Positions 1 to 10,510 of a stretch of DNA of 63,308 nucleotides are shown piece after piece (position 1 is the first letter of the stretch; every line of letters starts with the position of its first letter). The notes below the pieces were generated by a model. It was not told where the DNA came from and did no database searches. It was given only the letters and a program-made list of their open reading frames with translations. This stretch comes from a virus (lineage: Duplodnaviria; Caudoviricetes): positions 1-63,308 of IMG/VR virus record IMGVR_UViG_3300035664_000014; one strand, given 5' to 3'. The position numbers were made by a program, and so were the translations under genes.

Positions 1-315
1 CACCGGAAACGCGTCCGATTCCTGACGCAATACAATGACGCATCATGGATACTTGCCAGCAGCAGCAGCAACGGAGCAGCAGCAGCGGAGCAACGCAGCA
101 AGCCCGAATCCAGGTAGGGGGGGAGGGGGTCGAGTCCAGGTTGGGCGAGAGAGCTGCGACGCATCCCCACCCATACAATTTTTCCACCAAACGCGAGCCC
201 GTCCGCGCATGGCTCCGTGCAGCACATCGAAAGGAAACTGCCATTTCCTTTCAATAGGGTGCTGACATAGCAAGGTTGCTTTCATTTGCCCCCATGTGCT
301 AGCGTAGGCGCATAT

Positions 316-744
316 ATGGCTACATACATCAATAGGAAGCAAGCAATGACGCAGTACGGCGTGGATGTCCGCAAGCACGAGTGGACGAGCGAGCAAGTGC
401 AGGAGCGCAAGAAGGGCACTGGCATGGAGAAGTGGTACGACGAGGAGGCAGTGCGTGCAGTGGCAATGACGAAGCCAGTGGTGGCAGTGCCTGTGGCTGT
501 AGAGCCAGCGGAAGTGGCCGAGGTGATCCCTGCATTGCCGCAAATGGAGCAGGCTGAGGCTGAAGAGCCTGGGGATTATGTGGAGGTGAAGATTGCGAAG
601 AAAGCGATGAACTACCGTTTTGTGATTGGGACGAAGGGCGAGGTGGTGCGGGTGCAGGACAATGCTAGGATCAAGGTGGGGATGAGGCTCATTGCGAAGC
701 GGAACGAGCGTGGGCAGTATGACACGAAGGAGGTGGTACGATGA
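316..744 (+). CDS. hypothetical phage protein
   Basis: ATG at 316 inside ORF 286-744; ATGA overlap with the next gene. Confidence 0.7.
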   Translation: MATYINRKQAMTQYGVDVRKHEWTSEQVQERKKGTGMEKWYDEEAVRAVAMTKPVVAVPVAVEPAEVAEVIPALPQMEQAEAEEPGDYVEVKIAKKAMNYRFVIGTKGEVVRVQDNARIKVGMRLIAKRNERGQYDTKEVVR

Positions 745-1055
745 CGCCTCCAGCAGCAGCAGGGGACGTGGCCGACAAGCTGGGCCTAAAGACGAAGCAA
801 GGGCGGGAGCTATTGTACGCAGCCGTGCAGCTTGTGCAGCTAATGGACAAGAAGCAGCAGGATTATGGGCCACGGAACATTGACGAGTTTGGGATATTGG
901 GCGTTGTGGTGCGGATGAACGACAAGATGGAGCGCATCAAGAATCTGCTTCGGAAGGATAAGCAAGCGGCATGTGAGGCGTATATGGACTCGTTCAAGGA
1001 CATGGCTGGCTACGCGCTCATTGGAGTGCTGCTTGAAGAGAAGAAGTGGAGCTAG
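741..1055 (+). CDS. DUF1599 (nucleotide-modification-associated domain 1) protein
   Basis: KQQDYG...VRMNDKMERIKNL...DSFKDMAGYA pattern. Confidence 0.75.
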   Translation: MTPPAAAGDVADKLGLKTKQGRELLYAAVQLVQLMDKKQQDYGPRNIDEFGILGVVVRMNDKMERIKNLLRKDKQAACEAYMDSFKDMAGYALIGVLLEEKKWS

Positions 1056-1667
1056 AGGATGGATAAGGACATAGCTATCCCTTTGCTATGTGCTTTGTAT
1101 GTGGCTTACTTCATCCTACGGAGATGAAGTGAGCTTAAGGGGCGAAGTCGGGTTCTTGCGATAAGCAAGAAGCAGACGCAGCATGGAGGTGATGCAGGTG
1201 AGAGGTGGGAGAGGTGAACTTCGCAAACGCTGCTCGCTTCGCTCACCCGCGCTTTGCTTGCGCATGTTGAACCTTATGCCTCCGCCCATTCGGGCTTCGA
1301 GCATAAGCCTCAACATTTGCACGGTGTAGCTATTCTCTTGCGAAGCAACCACATCCAGAGCGTGAGCGATGGAGATGAGTGAGCAGAATAAGCCCCTTCC
1401 CATAAAGAAGGAGCTTTATCATGCTTGGAAACAACGACATCCGTCGCGGTCGCGCATCGAATCGTTTCGCATTTTTGCCGTGGCACGAGCGAGGGTTTAC
1501 CCATCAATGTACTCTAGTCTACTCTAGCGGACTCCACGGAAAGCAGTGCTTATGAGGCACTTCTATTAAGAGTGTGGGGCAAACCCACTCTCCCTCCCTT
1601 AGCCGGTATGACGATTTTACTCGTAGCATGACGGTTACGCTGGTTCTATTTGAACCGAAGCCAAGAT

Positions 1668-3386
1668 ATGCAAGAGATAGACAAAGAGCAAGAGGAAAAG
1701 CTGGTGGAGCAGATACTCCGGCTCAAGCAAGAGCCGCATCCGATTATCCCCATGTTGAGCGTGGAGGAGCGCAGGCGGATGATTGGGAATGTGGGCGCGT
1801 TTCGGACAATCGAGTTGCTTGAGCTGCGGGAGAACAGAATCCGCGCAGAGCAGTCTGACCCGATACGCTACGGCACAGAGTTCGATTCATGGGCGGACTC
1901 AGACAAGCTGCTCTCCGAATACAACGAGATGATTATCTTGGGCGGAAACAGGGCAGGCAAGACGGAGTACGCTGCAAAGAGGGCCGCGCAGATGTTTGTT
2001 GGCGCAGACTTGGGCGGCATGCCCGACTGGATCAAGGAACGTATCGAGAAGCGCAATCTGCGGATATGGATGCTCCATACGAGCCATTTCACCTCCGTGT
2101 CAGCGCAGCAGAACGTCTTCTACAAGTATTTGCCCAAAGAGCTAAAGAACCTCAAGAAGAGCGTTCACACCCAGATTGGCTACAGCCAGAAGAACGGGTT
2201 TACAGACAACACGGCGGTATACATGGGAAACCAGGTGTGGTTTATGAATTACTTCCAAGACATCAAGGTGATTGAAGGTGGTGAGGTGGACTTCATCTGG
2301 TGCGACGAGCTTGTGCCGCAGGATTGGCTAGAGACGCTAAGATACCGTTTGGTGACAAGGAACGGCAAGATGCTCATCACGTTCACCCCTGTCGAGGGCT
2401 ATACATCCGTTGTGAAGGAGTACGTCAACTCAGCCAAGATTACGCACTGGAAAGAGTCCGACTTGCTCCCGAATAGCAACGTCATCGGTGTTCCAGCGGG
2501 GCACATGCCGTACATGGCCAAGAACGTGTTCGGGAAACACGCCTGCATTTGGTATCATTCGAGGGACAACCCCTACAACAACTGGAGCCGGATGAAGGAG
2601 ACGCTCCGAGGGAAAACAACGAACGAGATTAAGATTCGCGCCTACGGCTGGGCTGAAGCAACAGCAGGAAGCCAGTTCCCTCTGTTCAATGACCACAACA
2701 TCTTTAGCAAAGACCCAAGGGAGATTGAAGGCACGAACTACATGGTGGTTGACCCAGCAGGGGCACGAAACTGGTTCATGCTCTGGGTGAGAGTGGACAA
2801 GAACGGAGTGCTCTGGGTGTACAGAGAGTGGCCTGACCAAAGCTATGGCGAGTGGGCGTTGCCGTGCGAGAAGCCGGACGGGAAACCTGGGCCAGCGCAG
2901 CGCAGTTCAGCAGGCAGAGGCGTGGACGAGTACAGTCTGCTTATCCAGACGCTGGAGATTAACGACAAGGATAAAGAAGAGATAGCAGAGCGATATATCG
3001 ACCCAAGAAGTGCTGGAACAGCCGCTATGACGAAAGAAGGCGGGGTTACGCTGCTTGATATGCTAGCAGACGCCGAGATACCGACATACTTCATCCCCGC
3101 AGCTTCGGCCAACGTGGACGAGCGTGTGCTCATCATTAACGACCTGCTATGTTACGACAGGGAAAAACCCCTAGAAGAAGGGGTGAACCATCCAAGGCTT
3201 ATGGTGCATGAGACGTGTCAGAACCTGATTTACTCGCTTCGGGAGTGGACAGGCGCAGACGGGCAAAAAGGAGCTAGTAAAGACCCTATTGACGCACTAG
3301 GATATTTGGTAATGATGAACCCGCAGCATTCGGATGCGACGGATGAGCTTATGAAGGCGGGACAAAAATTTGCAGGAGCGTACTAA
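1668..3386 (+). CDS. terL: terminase large subunit (phage A)
   Basis: Walker A GGNRAGKT, Walker B FIWCDE, TFTP coupling motif, nuclease motifs VVDPAG and KDPIDAL. Confidence 0.92.
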   Translation: MQEIDKEQEEKLVEQILRLKQEPHPIIPMLSVEERRRMIGNVGAFRTIELLELRENRIRAEQSDPIRYGTEFDSWADSDKLLSEYNEMIILGGNRAGKTEYAAKRAAQMFVGADLGGMPDWIKERIEKRNLRIWMLHTSHFTSVSAQQNVFYKYLPKELKNLKKSVHTQIGYSQKNGFTDNTAVYMGNQVWFMNYFQDIKVIEGGEVDFIWCDELVPQDWLETLRYRLVTRNGKMLITFTPVEGYTSVVKEYVNSAKITHWKESDLLPNSNVIGVPAGHMPYMAKNVFGKHACIWYHSRDNPYNNWSRMKETLRGKTTNEIKIRAYGWAEATAGSQFPLFNDHNIFSKDPREIEGTNYMVVDPAGARNWFMLWVRVDKNGVLWVYREWPDQSYGEWALPCEKPDGKPGPAQRSSAGRGVDEYSLLIQTLEINDKDKEEIAERYIDPRSAGTAAMTKEGGVTLLDMLADAEIPTYFIPAASANVDERVLIINDLLCYDREKPLEEGVNHPRLMVHETCQNLIYSLREWTGADGQKGASKDPIDALGYLVMMNPQHSDATDELMKAGQKFAGAY

Positions 3387-5494
3387 TGACTTACGACAAA
3401 GATCCACTAGCGATTGCAGGAGCAACGCCCGATATTGGCGACCTTCTGGACGAGTATAACCGCTCCATGGTGAACTCAAGCCAAGGCAACTTGGCGACAA
3501 AGTTCGATAACATCCGTTTTTGCAGGTGGTCTGGACAGACAGACGACGGCAAGAAATGGAGCAAATGGCGTGAAGAAGGCAATCCAGCGTGGCCTTTCGA
3601 GGGTGCAAGCGACGTTAGGCTCCGGCTTGTTGACAGCACCTGCAACGAGTTGTCCGCCCTGCTAGTTACAGCCTACCAGAGAGCTGACATCAACACGCAA
3701 GCTGCAAACCTGCAAGACCTCCCGCTATCGACGATTGCGAACAGCCTAATGAACTGGGTTCGCGACAACAAGATGGCGAACGAGCTTCGCAAAGAAGCAG
3801 AGCTAGCAGCGCAATACGCTCTTCAATACGGCTGGACAGCATTCTACGTTGGCTGGGAGCAGCACATCAGCAAGCGTCCACAGTCCATTTCCATGGAACA
3901 AATCATGGGCCTAGCGCAGCAAGCAGGCAGCGAGCAACTATCGCAGCTTCCCATGCTGATTGTGGAACAGCCAGACGTAGCAGCGTCCATCGTGCAAGCT
4001 GCTCTGGGGATTGACCTCTCTGAATGCAAGCGCATGGTTAAGGAGCTAGCTGAGACAGGTGAAACTTCATACGACGAAGAGTATGTCTCTCGCAACTTGC
4101 CAACCGTGCAAGCTCTCAAGCCTTGGGACGAAATCATCTTCCCGCCTGAGACAGCAGACTTGCAGAGAAGCAGGGTTATTTTCCGCAGAACGTGGATGAG
4201 CGAAGTGGAGCTACGCGAGAAAATCACCACAGACGGTTGGGATCCAGACTGGGTTGAGAGAGCATTACAGCAGATTGGCAAGAGCAGCACGCTCTACAAC
4301 ATCAACCTGCTCCCTACGACGACGATGCTCGTCTACAACGGGGTCAACTACAACAACATGGTTGAAGTGGTGTATGCATACCAGAAGAGCTTGGACGGAA
4401 AAGCTCCCTGCATTTACTACACCGTGTTCTGTCCGCAGGCTGCGAGCAATAGGCGTGAGGATGACGCAAGCTGGGCTATCTACGAAAAGCTGGACTACGC
4501 ACATGGCGAGTATCCGTTCGTGGAGTTCCGCAGAGAACAGCTCCGCAGAGCGATTGCAGATAGTCGCGGGATTCCTGAGCTGGCGATGACCGATCAAGAC
4601 GAGATTAAGGCGCAGCACGACTCTATCCGCGATTACACAGCATTCGCAACGCTGCCTCCCATCAAGGTGGTCAAGCGCATCGGAGCCATCAACAAGGTTG
4701 GCCCAGGCGTGCAACTGCCAGTGACGCAGCGGGACGATTACACATGGATGGAGCCTCCGGCACGGGAGCCAAGCACAGCGTTCAACCTCATCAAGTCCGT
4801 GGAGATGCGGCACTGCGCGTACTTCGGAGTCTCGCACGAGCTTGTGAATCCGGTCAGGACGCAAACGCTCCAGCAGTTGCTCGTGAACAACTGGCTTATG
4901 AGCTGGAGAGGCGTGTTCCGGCAAGTGTTTGCTCTGTGCTCACAGTTCCTCTCACCAGAAGAGATTGCAGCGATTACTGGAGGCTTCCAGATTCCGCAGA
5001 ACCTGTCGGCTATCCACAACGAGTTCGACATCAACATCCGCTTTGATGTCAAGGACATGAACCCTGACTACATCGACAAGAAGATTCAGTTCTTGCAAGT
5101 CATTAGCCAGATGGATGCTGGCGGGGCCATTGATAAGAACGCCTTAACCCGCATGATGCTGCAAGCTGTGGCACCAGAGGTTGCGAACCAGCTTATCGTG
5201 AACCAAGCGCAAGCAAGCCAGCAGATGTACAAGGACGTGCAGAGCGACATTGCCAACATGCTGCTAGGCAACGAGGCCATTTACTCTGAGAACGATCCAG
5301 CCGCACAGACCAAGATGCAGTTTGTGCAGGACATCATGTCAAAGAACCCGAAAGCGCAAGCGGCATTGCAGCAGGACGAGAACTTCAAAGCTCTGTTTGA
5401 GAACTATGTGAAGAACATCCAGATGAGCCTCATGCAACAGCAGAACGCTCAGATTGGGAGATTGGGAGTGAACCAAGTTAACAGTCCTGCGTAA
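3386..5494 (+). CDS. portal protein (phage A)
   Basis: 702 aa, directly after terL, WPFEGASD motif, helical Gln-rich C-terminus. Confidence 0.85.
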   Translation: MTYDKDPLAIAGATPDIGDLLDEYNRSMVNSSQGNLATKFDNIRFCRWSGQTDDGKKWSKWREEGNPAWPFEGASDVRLRLVDSTCNELSALLVTAYQRADINTQAANLQDLPLSTIANSLMNWVRDNKMANELRKEAELAAQYALQYGWTAFYVGWEQHISKRPQSISMEQIMGLAQQAGSEQLSQLPMLIVEQPDVAASIVQAALGIDLSECKRMVKELAETGETSYDEEYVSRNLPTVQALKPWDEIIFPPETADLQRSRVIFRRTWMSEVELREKITTDGWDPDWVERALQQIGKSSTLYNINLLPTTTMLVYNGVNYNNMVEVVYAYQKSLDGKAPCIYYTVFCPQAASNRREDDASWAIYEKLDYAHGEYPFVEFRREQLRRAIADSRGIPELAMTDQDEIKAQHDSIRDYTAFATLPPIKVVKRIGAINKVGPGVQLPVTQRDDYTWMEPPAREPSTAFNLIKSVEMRHCAYFGVSHELVNPVRTQTLQQLLVNNWLMSWRGVFRQVFALCSQFLSPEEIAAITGGFQIPQNLSAIHNEFDINIRFDVKDMNPDYIDKKIQFLQVISQMDAGGAIDKNALTRMMLQAVAPEVANQLIVNQAQASQQMYKDVQSDIANMLLGNEAIYSENDPAAQTKMQFVQDIMSKNPKAQAALQQDENFKALFENYVKNIQMSLMQQQNAQIGRLGVNQVNSPA

Positions 5495-6513
5495 TGCCAA
5501 AGCCTGCCCCAAAAGAAGACTTCTTAAGCAGGGTTACGCAGGCAATAGAGCGAACACGGCAAGCGTACCTAGAGAACAAGACAACGGCAGAAGACCCGTA
5601 TGGACTGCCACTAGAACTCAGGAGAGGGGGTTCCGTTTCGCCGCTGGAGCTTGCTCAGAGATACTACGGCTCCGCTCTAGAAGAGCAGATGGCAGCAGCA
5701 CGGCAGTATGCACTGGAGGCGCAGCAGAAACGCGAGACAAGCCCAGAGGATTATCCGTTTGTTGTTCCACAGGCATACTACGATGCGATGTCACAGCAAG
5801 TGCCAGTCCGTTTCGCAAGATTAGGCACAGTTGCACACTACGATCCAGAAACCAATGTCGCGGCGATACCAGTGCCAACGGATTACATCAAACAGCAAAG
5901 CGGAGGGTATTTGCAAGAATCAGAAAGAGAGCAGCACGCAAGAGCCAATGACCTAATTGACCAAGAAATGAACATGCGCTCAATTGTAGAGAACCTGCCA
6001 GAGAGATATGCAGGAACAATTGAACACGAAGTAATGCACTCCGTTGCTCCGTTCAAAATGGAGACAGGCAAAATCTCCTCAAGGGACGCAGGCTACATGG
6101 GAGATGAAGGACACCTTGCCTTGGGGCTTACGAAGATTCAAAGAGAGTACTACAGAAACATGGGCGAGCGGCTAGACCCGCAGAAGTTCAACGACCTGGT
6201 GATGAATCTTGCTAGCATGGAGAACCCAGAGGAAGCCATGAGCGAGTATTCCACAGAGGCAAAAAGAGCACTCAGGACGCAAATCAAGAACGCCAAGCCT
6301 ATCCTGGAGTACAAGCGGAATCTAGAGGAGTACAACAGCAAGCTAAAGGAGTACGAACAACTACCAAGGTGGAAGCAGTTCCTACAGGGCAGACCGTACC
6401 GCTCGCCTAGCAAGCTCTCAGCTCCAACACGAAACATGCTTTTCCTCAACCAGAGCGCAAACCTTATCCCTGCGCTAGTTAGCACGGGCTCAAACAGAAA
6501 CACAACAGCATGA
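5494..6513 (+). CDS. hypothetical protein with HExxH (zincin-like) motif
   Basis: TIEHEVMHSV motif; translationally coupled on both sides. Confidence 0.6.
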   Translation: MPKPAPKEDFLSRVTQAIERTRQAYLENKTTAEDPYGLPLELRRGGSVSPLELAQRYYGSALEEQMAAARQYALEAQQKRETSPEDYPFVVPQAYYDAMSQQVPVRFARLGTVAHYDPETNVAAIPVPTDYIKQQSGGYLQESEREQHARANDLIDQEMNMRSIVENLPERYAGTIEHEVMHSVAPFKMETGKISSRDAGYMGDEGHLALGLTKIQREYYRNMGERLDPQKFNDLVMNLASMENPEEAMSEYSTEAKRALRTQIKNAKPILEYKRNLEEYNSKLKEYEQLPRWKQFLQGRPYRSPSKLSAPTRNMLFLNQSANLIPALVSTGSNRNTTA

Positions 6514-6761
6514 CCGAAGAACAAGCACTAGCATTCAGCTTCACTGGCGAGAACAAGCTATGGGACAATATTTTGGCTGTAGTTGACTCGTACATTGAGC
6601 GTGAAGTTTTCTCTGCAATCGACAGAAATACCGCTGGAGAAGCCAGAATACACGCTGCCGGACGAGCGGACGGGGCTAATGGACTCAAGGAAACTTTGCT
6701 ATGGTTTAGAGAGGAAGCCCTTAAAAAAAGAGGGTTGACAGATACAGATTTGACCGCATAG
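6510..6761 (+). CDS. small head-module protein
   Basis: 83 aa helical ORF between portal and scaffold. Confidence 0.65.
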   Translation: MTEEQALAFSFTGENKLWDNILAVVDSYIEREVFSAIDRNTAGEARIHAAGRADGANGLKETLLWFREEALKKRGLTDTDLTA

Positions 6762-6762
6762 T
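6735..6762 (+). promoter_or_regulatory. putative sigma70-like promoter for scaffold/capsid genes
   Basis: TTGACA-16 nt-CATAGT; same layout as 45401-45428. Confidence 0.45.
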
Positions 6763-6842
6763 GCGGTTAATTGCCTGCTAGTCTGGGCAACAACAAACAG
6801 ACTTGGTTAATGATAGCGGTTCTTGCACCGCAATAAAACAGC

Positions 6843-7841
6843 ATGCCACAAGATGAAACACAACCTGTGTCGCAGTCGCAGGGGGAAGAAAGTTCTGCGG
6901 AACAAGTCGGTTTGCTCGATGAGTATTCGCTTAGTGCGATGATCAAAGACACGTTCCTATCCGACGAGGGACAAGCACAAGCTCCCGCTCAAGAGGAGCA
7001 ATCGGCAGAGGAGGAGGAAGAGCCGCAGGCTGAAGAAGCCGAAGCTGAAGAATCCGAATCTGAAACGCAGGAAGAATCGGAAGAAGAATCCGAAGAATCC
7101 AGCGACGATGTGTCCAAGGGCGTTCAAAAGCGAATCAACAAGTTAGTTGCCGCTAAGAAAGCTGCCCTTGCTGAAGCGCAAGCCTACAAGGAGAAACTCA
7201 CGGAGCTTGAGAGCAAGCTCAGTCAGGCTCCAGCCCAGGTCGCAAAGCAGGAGAATATCTCTGATGCAGTTGCCAAGCTCACGAGTGTTGAGCAGGTGGA
7301 TGCAGAGTGGAGAAAAGCTACTGAGGTGCTGATGTGGTGCGAGGAGAATCCAGATGGCGGCGTTATTCAGATGCCTAATGGCGAAGAAGCTGATGTGGAT
7401 GAATCCCAAGTGCGGCAAATGAAGAAACTTGCGCTCCGGCGTAGGGAACTGGAGTTGCCAGCACGAAGACAATATCTGCTAGTTGAGCGAGAAGCTGAAG
7501 CTCAGACGGTGAAGGAGTTCCCATGGTGGAAAGACCCTTCTACGAAAGAGTATCAGACCGCCCAGCAGGTGTTGAGGGACTTCCCAGAGATTCGGGCCAA
7601 AAGAGCAGACTACAAACACATCGCTGGGATTGTTGTTCTGGGACTCCAAGCATACCAAAACATGCATGGGAAACAGGCAGCAGCACCCAAGCCTATCAAG
7701 CGAGCACCAAGCCAACCCGCAATCAAGGCTGCGCCTATGGTTAAGGACAATGGCAAAAAGGTGTTTGATAGCTTCGCTAGAAACAACGGTGACTCAAAGC
7801 TGTTCTCTGACCTGCTCAAAGCCAAAGGTTTCGTAGATTAA
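6843..7841 (+). CDS. capsid scaffolding protein (phage A)
   Basis: Acidic N-terminus, GVQKRINKL coiled coil, immediately before the capsid gene. Confidence 0.8.
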   Translation: MPQDETQPVSQSQGEESSAEQVGLLDEYSLSAMIKDTFLSDEGQAQAPAQEEQSAEEEEEPQAEEAEAEESESETQEESEEESEESSDDVSKGVQKRINKLVAAKKAALAEAQAYKEKLTELESKLSQAPAQVAKQENISDAVAKLTSVEQVDAEWRKATEVLMWCEENPDGGVIQMPNGEEADVDESQVRQMKKLALRRRELELPARRQYLLVEREAEAQTVKEFPWWKDPSTKEYQTAQQVLRDFPEIRAKRADYKHIAGIVVLGLQAYQNMHGKQAAAPKPIKRAPSQPAIKAAPMVKDNGKKVFDSFARNNGDSKLFSDLLKAKGFVD

Positions 7842-7853
7842 CAACTCAATACT

Positions 7854-8933
7854 ATGCCTCTATTAACTGAACCCAACCTCTCTGGTCGCGGTAAACGCGA
7901 AGACCTCATGGACATGATTGCCTTGGTGGATGCCAAGGACACGCCATTTACTTCAATGGCGCGTAAAGGCTCCAAGCCTGGCAACATGTACTTCCGCTGG
8001 CAAGCTGACCAGAACCCTGGTGTTACTGTCGGTGGTGTCGTAGACGGAACGGATGTGACTTCGTACTCCAACTTTGTTGTTGGGTATCGCAAGGAACTCG
8101 CCAACTACGCGCAGATTTTCCGGCAAACCGTTCGTGTGTCCAAGCTCACGCAGGACATCGCAGACGTTGCAGGGATTCGCGACGAGTTGAGCGACAACAT
8201 CGCCAAGGCCATCATCGCCATCAAGCGTTCGATGGAAGCGACGTTCACGTCCGACCAGCTTGGTCAACCCGACAACGGCACGACAAATCCTTACCTCACG
8301 GCAGGGGTACAAGCGTGGATTGGCGGCGACAACATCGGCACTGGGCTGAACATCGGCACGACCGCTCCGGTTGGCGCACCGTCGTTCATCACTCCTGCAA
8401 ACAGCATCGTTGGAACTGGCACTGCCCTTGGCACGAGCCTGACCGACACGGTTGTACAGAACCTGCTCAAGTCGATCTACGACCAGACGGGCAAGTACAA
8501 GTCCTTCGACGCGATTGTTGGAACTGACCTCAAGCGTGCATTCACGAGCTTGCTCGGCACGACTGCGCTCACGACCACGACCACCGCTGGTGTGACTGGC
8601 TCTGGCGCAACGAAGGTGCAGACCTTCCAGCGTGATGCTGCTGCTGACACGTTCATCCAGAGCGTTGACGTGTTCCAAGGGGACTTCGGGACGGTGCGCT
8701 TGCACCCAACGACGTTCTTGGGAACTATCTCCGGCTCCACTTGGACGCAGAACACGGCTCGTGGGCTTGTGCTCGACATGGACTTGATTGAAGTCCGCTA
8801 CGGTGGGAACGTCGCCAATGTCACGGCATTGCCTGACTACGGTGCTGGCCCTGCTCGCCTTGTTGAAGCAGTTGCTGGCCTTGTGGTTGGCAACCCGCTC
8901 GGACTTGGCAAGTTCAACTACACTGGGGCTTAA
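7854..8933 (+). CDS. major capsid protein, DUF5309/SU10-type
   Basis: REDLMDMI...DTPFTSM...WQAD...NYAQIFRQTVRVS...DFGTV motifs. Confidence 0.88.
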   Translation: MPLLTEPNLSGRGKREDLMDMIALVDAKDTPFTSMARKGSKPGNMYFRWQADQNPGVTVGGVVDGTDVTSYSNFVVGYRKELANYAQIFRQTVRVSKLTQDIADVAGIRDELSDNIAKAIIAIKRSMEATFTSDQLGQPDNGTTNPYLTAGVQAWIGGDNIGTGLNIGTTAPVGAPSFITPANSIVGTGTALGTSLTDTVVQNLLKSIYDQTGKYKSFDAIVGTDLKRAFTSLLGTTALTTTTTAGVTGSGATKVQTFQRDAAADTFIQSVDVFQGDFGTVRLHPTTFLGTISGSTWTQNTARGLVLDMDLIEVRYGGNVANVTALPDYGAGPARLVEAVAGLVVGNPLGLGKFNYTGA

Positions 8934-9016
8934 TCGCCTTCCGCGACACCTGCGTGGCTCGACTAAGGTTGAGCTAAAAGTGGTGCGACAGCTCGGAGAG
9001 ACGAGCACATTTTCTT

Positions 9017-9328
9017 ATGATACACATTCCAGAAGAGTTCCGTGAGCGAGCACATGGCATGATGGATGCCAAGTGGCAGAAGTCCCGCATCGACGCAAAG
9101 AAAGCTGCTGAAGAACTCGGCAAGCTCAACTCACAGGAGCACAAGTCCGTTGAAGGCATTGGCGAACTTACAGCCCGTATCCCTGGGGTTGCCTTCCATT
9201 TCTGGGGACAAAAGCTGGGCTACGATTGCTGGAAAGACCAAGAATTTTTGCGAGAGTTTTTGCGCGACAATCCCGAATGCAGAGTGAATAGTAAAGGGAC
9301 GAAGTTGCAGGTAGGATTCGGAAACTAA
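9017..9328 (+). CDS. conserved hypothetical protein after capsid gene
   Basis: 103 aa; WKDQEFLREFLRDNPECRV. Confidence 0.7.
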   Translation: MIHIPEEFRERAHGMMDAKWQKSRIDAKKAAEELGKLNSQEHKSVEGIGELTARIPGVAFHFWGQKLGYDCWKDQEFLREFLRDNPECRVNSKGTKLQVGFGN

Positions 9329-10509
9329 TGAAAACTGTCCCGTATAGCGACATCTTGAACGCAACCCTGCAACTCGCTGGCGTTGATAGGGTAAGCCTGA
9401 GCAACAAGACGTTCGCAACCTTTCGGGACTTTTTTAGCAAGCGGATTGCAGAAGCGTGGAACAGAGAACGCTGGCCAGACTTCGTCCAGTATATCACAAG
9501 ATACCCAGGACTCCAGATGTACTCGCTGGACTATGCTCCAGCTACAGGCACACTGACCCTGCGCTTCTCTAGCGACGAGAGCAGTCCGTACTACGAGGAC
9601 ACCACGTTCACAAGCTACAGCGTTGGCGGGTCTGTTTCTGTGCAGATTCCAAAGGGAGTGCTCACGCTCACGCCAAATGATGCGGATGTAAGCCAAGCCT
9701 GCACCATCTCAGCAGGGCCAACAACGGTGACATCCAACGGGATGACGTGCATCCAGATTGTGGCGCAAGCTGACGAGCTTATCAACTCGGCATCCACGGC
9801 AACGGAGACGGTCGTTATCACGGCAAGCCAGTTTCAGCGGTATCCGTACAACAACTACATCGGCTCTTGCTTACACACCAAGAACGGAACTGACGGAGCG
9901 CAAATCCTGCCAATTAACCGTATCAAGCTGCCAGAGGACGCGGACACAGTGCAGGGGGTGTACTCACGCGATCCACGCACGACGACACGGACGCAAGAGG
10001 TGGCATTCATTTTGGAGGATAGCGGCGTGGCATCCGGCTATGTCGCAGCGTCGGAACAGAAGTTCCTCATCACCCAAAACACGGATAGCGTGTGCATCGA
10101 GTACTCCATCGAGAATCCTGTTGTATGGGGAGACGTGTATAACCAATCCACCCTCTATCAACCTGGAGCACAATTCTTCTACTTCCGCTTTCACGACCCA
10201 TCCGCTGACCATTTGAACCCGTCAAATGACAGGCAGATGCGCGGGGACTTCTATTCGCCAATCGTCTCGACCCTAAGCGGACAGTCTCCCTACACGAACC
10301 CGCAGAACTACAAGCTCATCCCGATTCCCGACCTGTTCAAGGACTTCCTCATCAACGCCATGCTGTCAGATTGGCTCAAGTCTGAAGGACAGTTTGAAGC
10401 AGCCATAATGGCAGATCAGCTTGCAGAGAAAGGGATTCAAGACGCTATCGACAAGGTGCTGCGCCAAGAAGGACAAGTGCAGCGAATGAACATGCAATAC
10501 ACCTACTAG
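9328..10509 (+). CDS. head-tail adaptor (tail tubular protein A-like) with inserted domains
   Basis: Position; helical N- and C-termini (AWNRERWP, IPDLFKDFL) around a beta-rich middle. Confidence 0.6.
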   Translation: MKTVPYSDILNATLQLAGVDRVSLSNKTFATFRDFFSKRIAEAWNRERWPDFVQYITRYPGLQMYSLDYAPATGTLTLRFSSDESSPYYEDTTFTSYSVGGSVSVQIPKGVLTLTPNDADVSQACTISAGPTTVTSNGMTCIQIVAQADELINSASTATETVVITASQFQRYPYNNYIGSCLHTKNGTDGAQILPINRIKLPEDADTVQGVYSRDPRTTTRTQEVAFILEDSGVASGYVAASEQKFLITQNTDSVCIEYSIENPVVWGDVYNQSTLYQPGAQFFYFRFHDPSADHLNPSNDRQMRGDFYSPIVSTLSGQSPYTNPQNYKLIPIPDLFKDFLINAMLSDWLKSEGQFEAAIMADQLAEKGIQDAIDKVLRQEGQVQRMNMQYTY

Positions 10510-10510
10510 T

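Noticed and set aside
7953-9008. 351-aa minus-strand ORF
   Set aside because: Antisense shadow of the capsid gene with no recognisable motifs.
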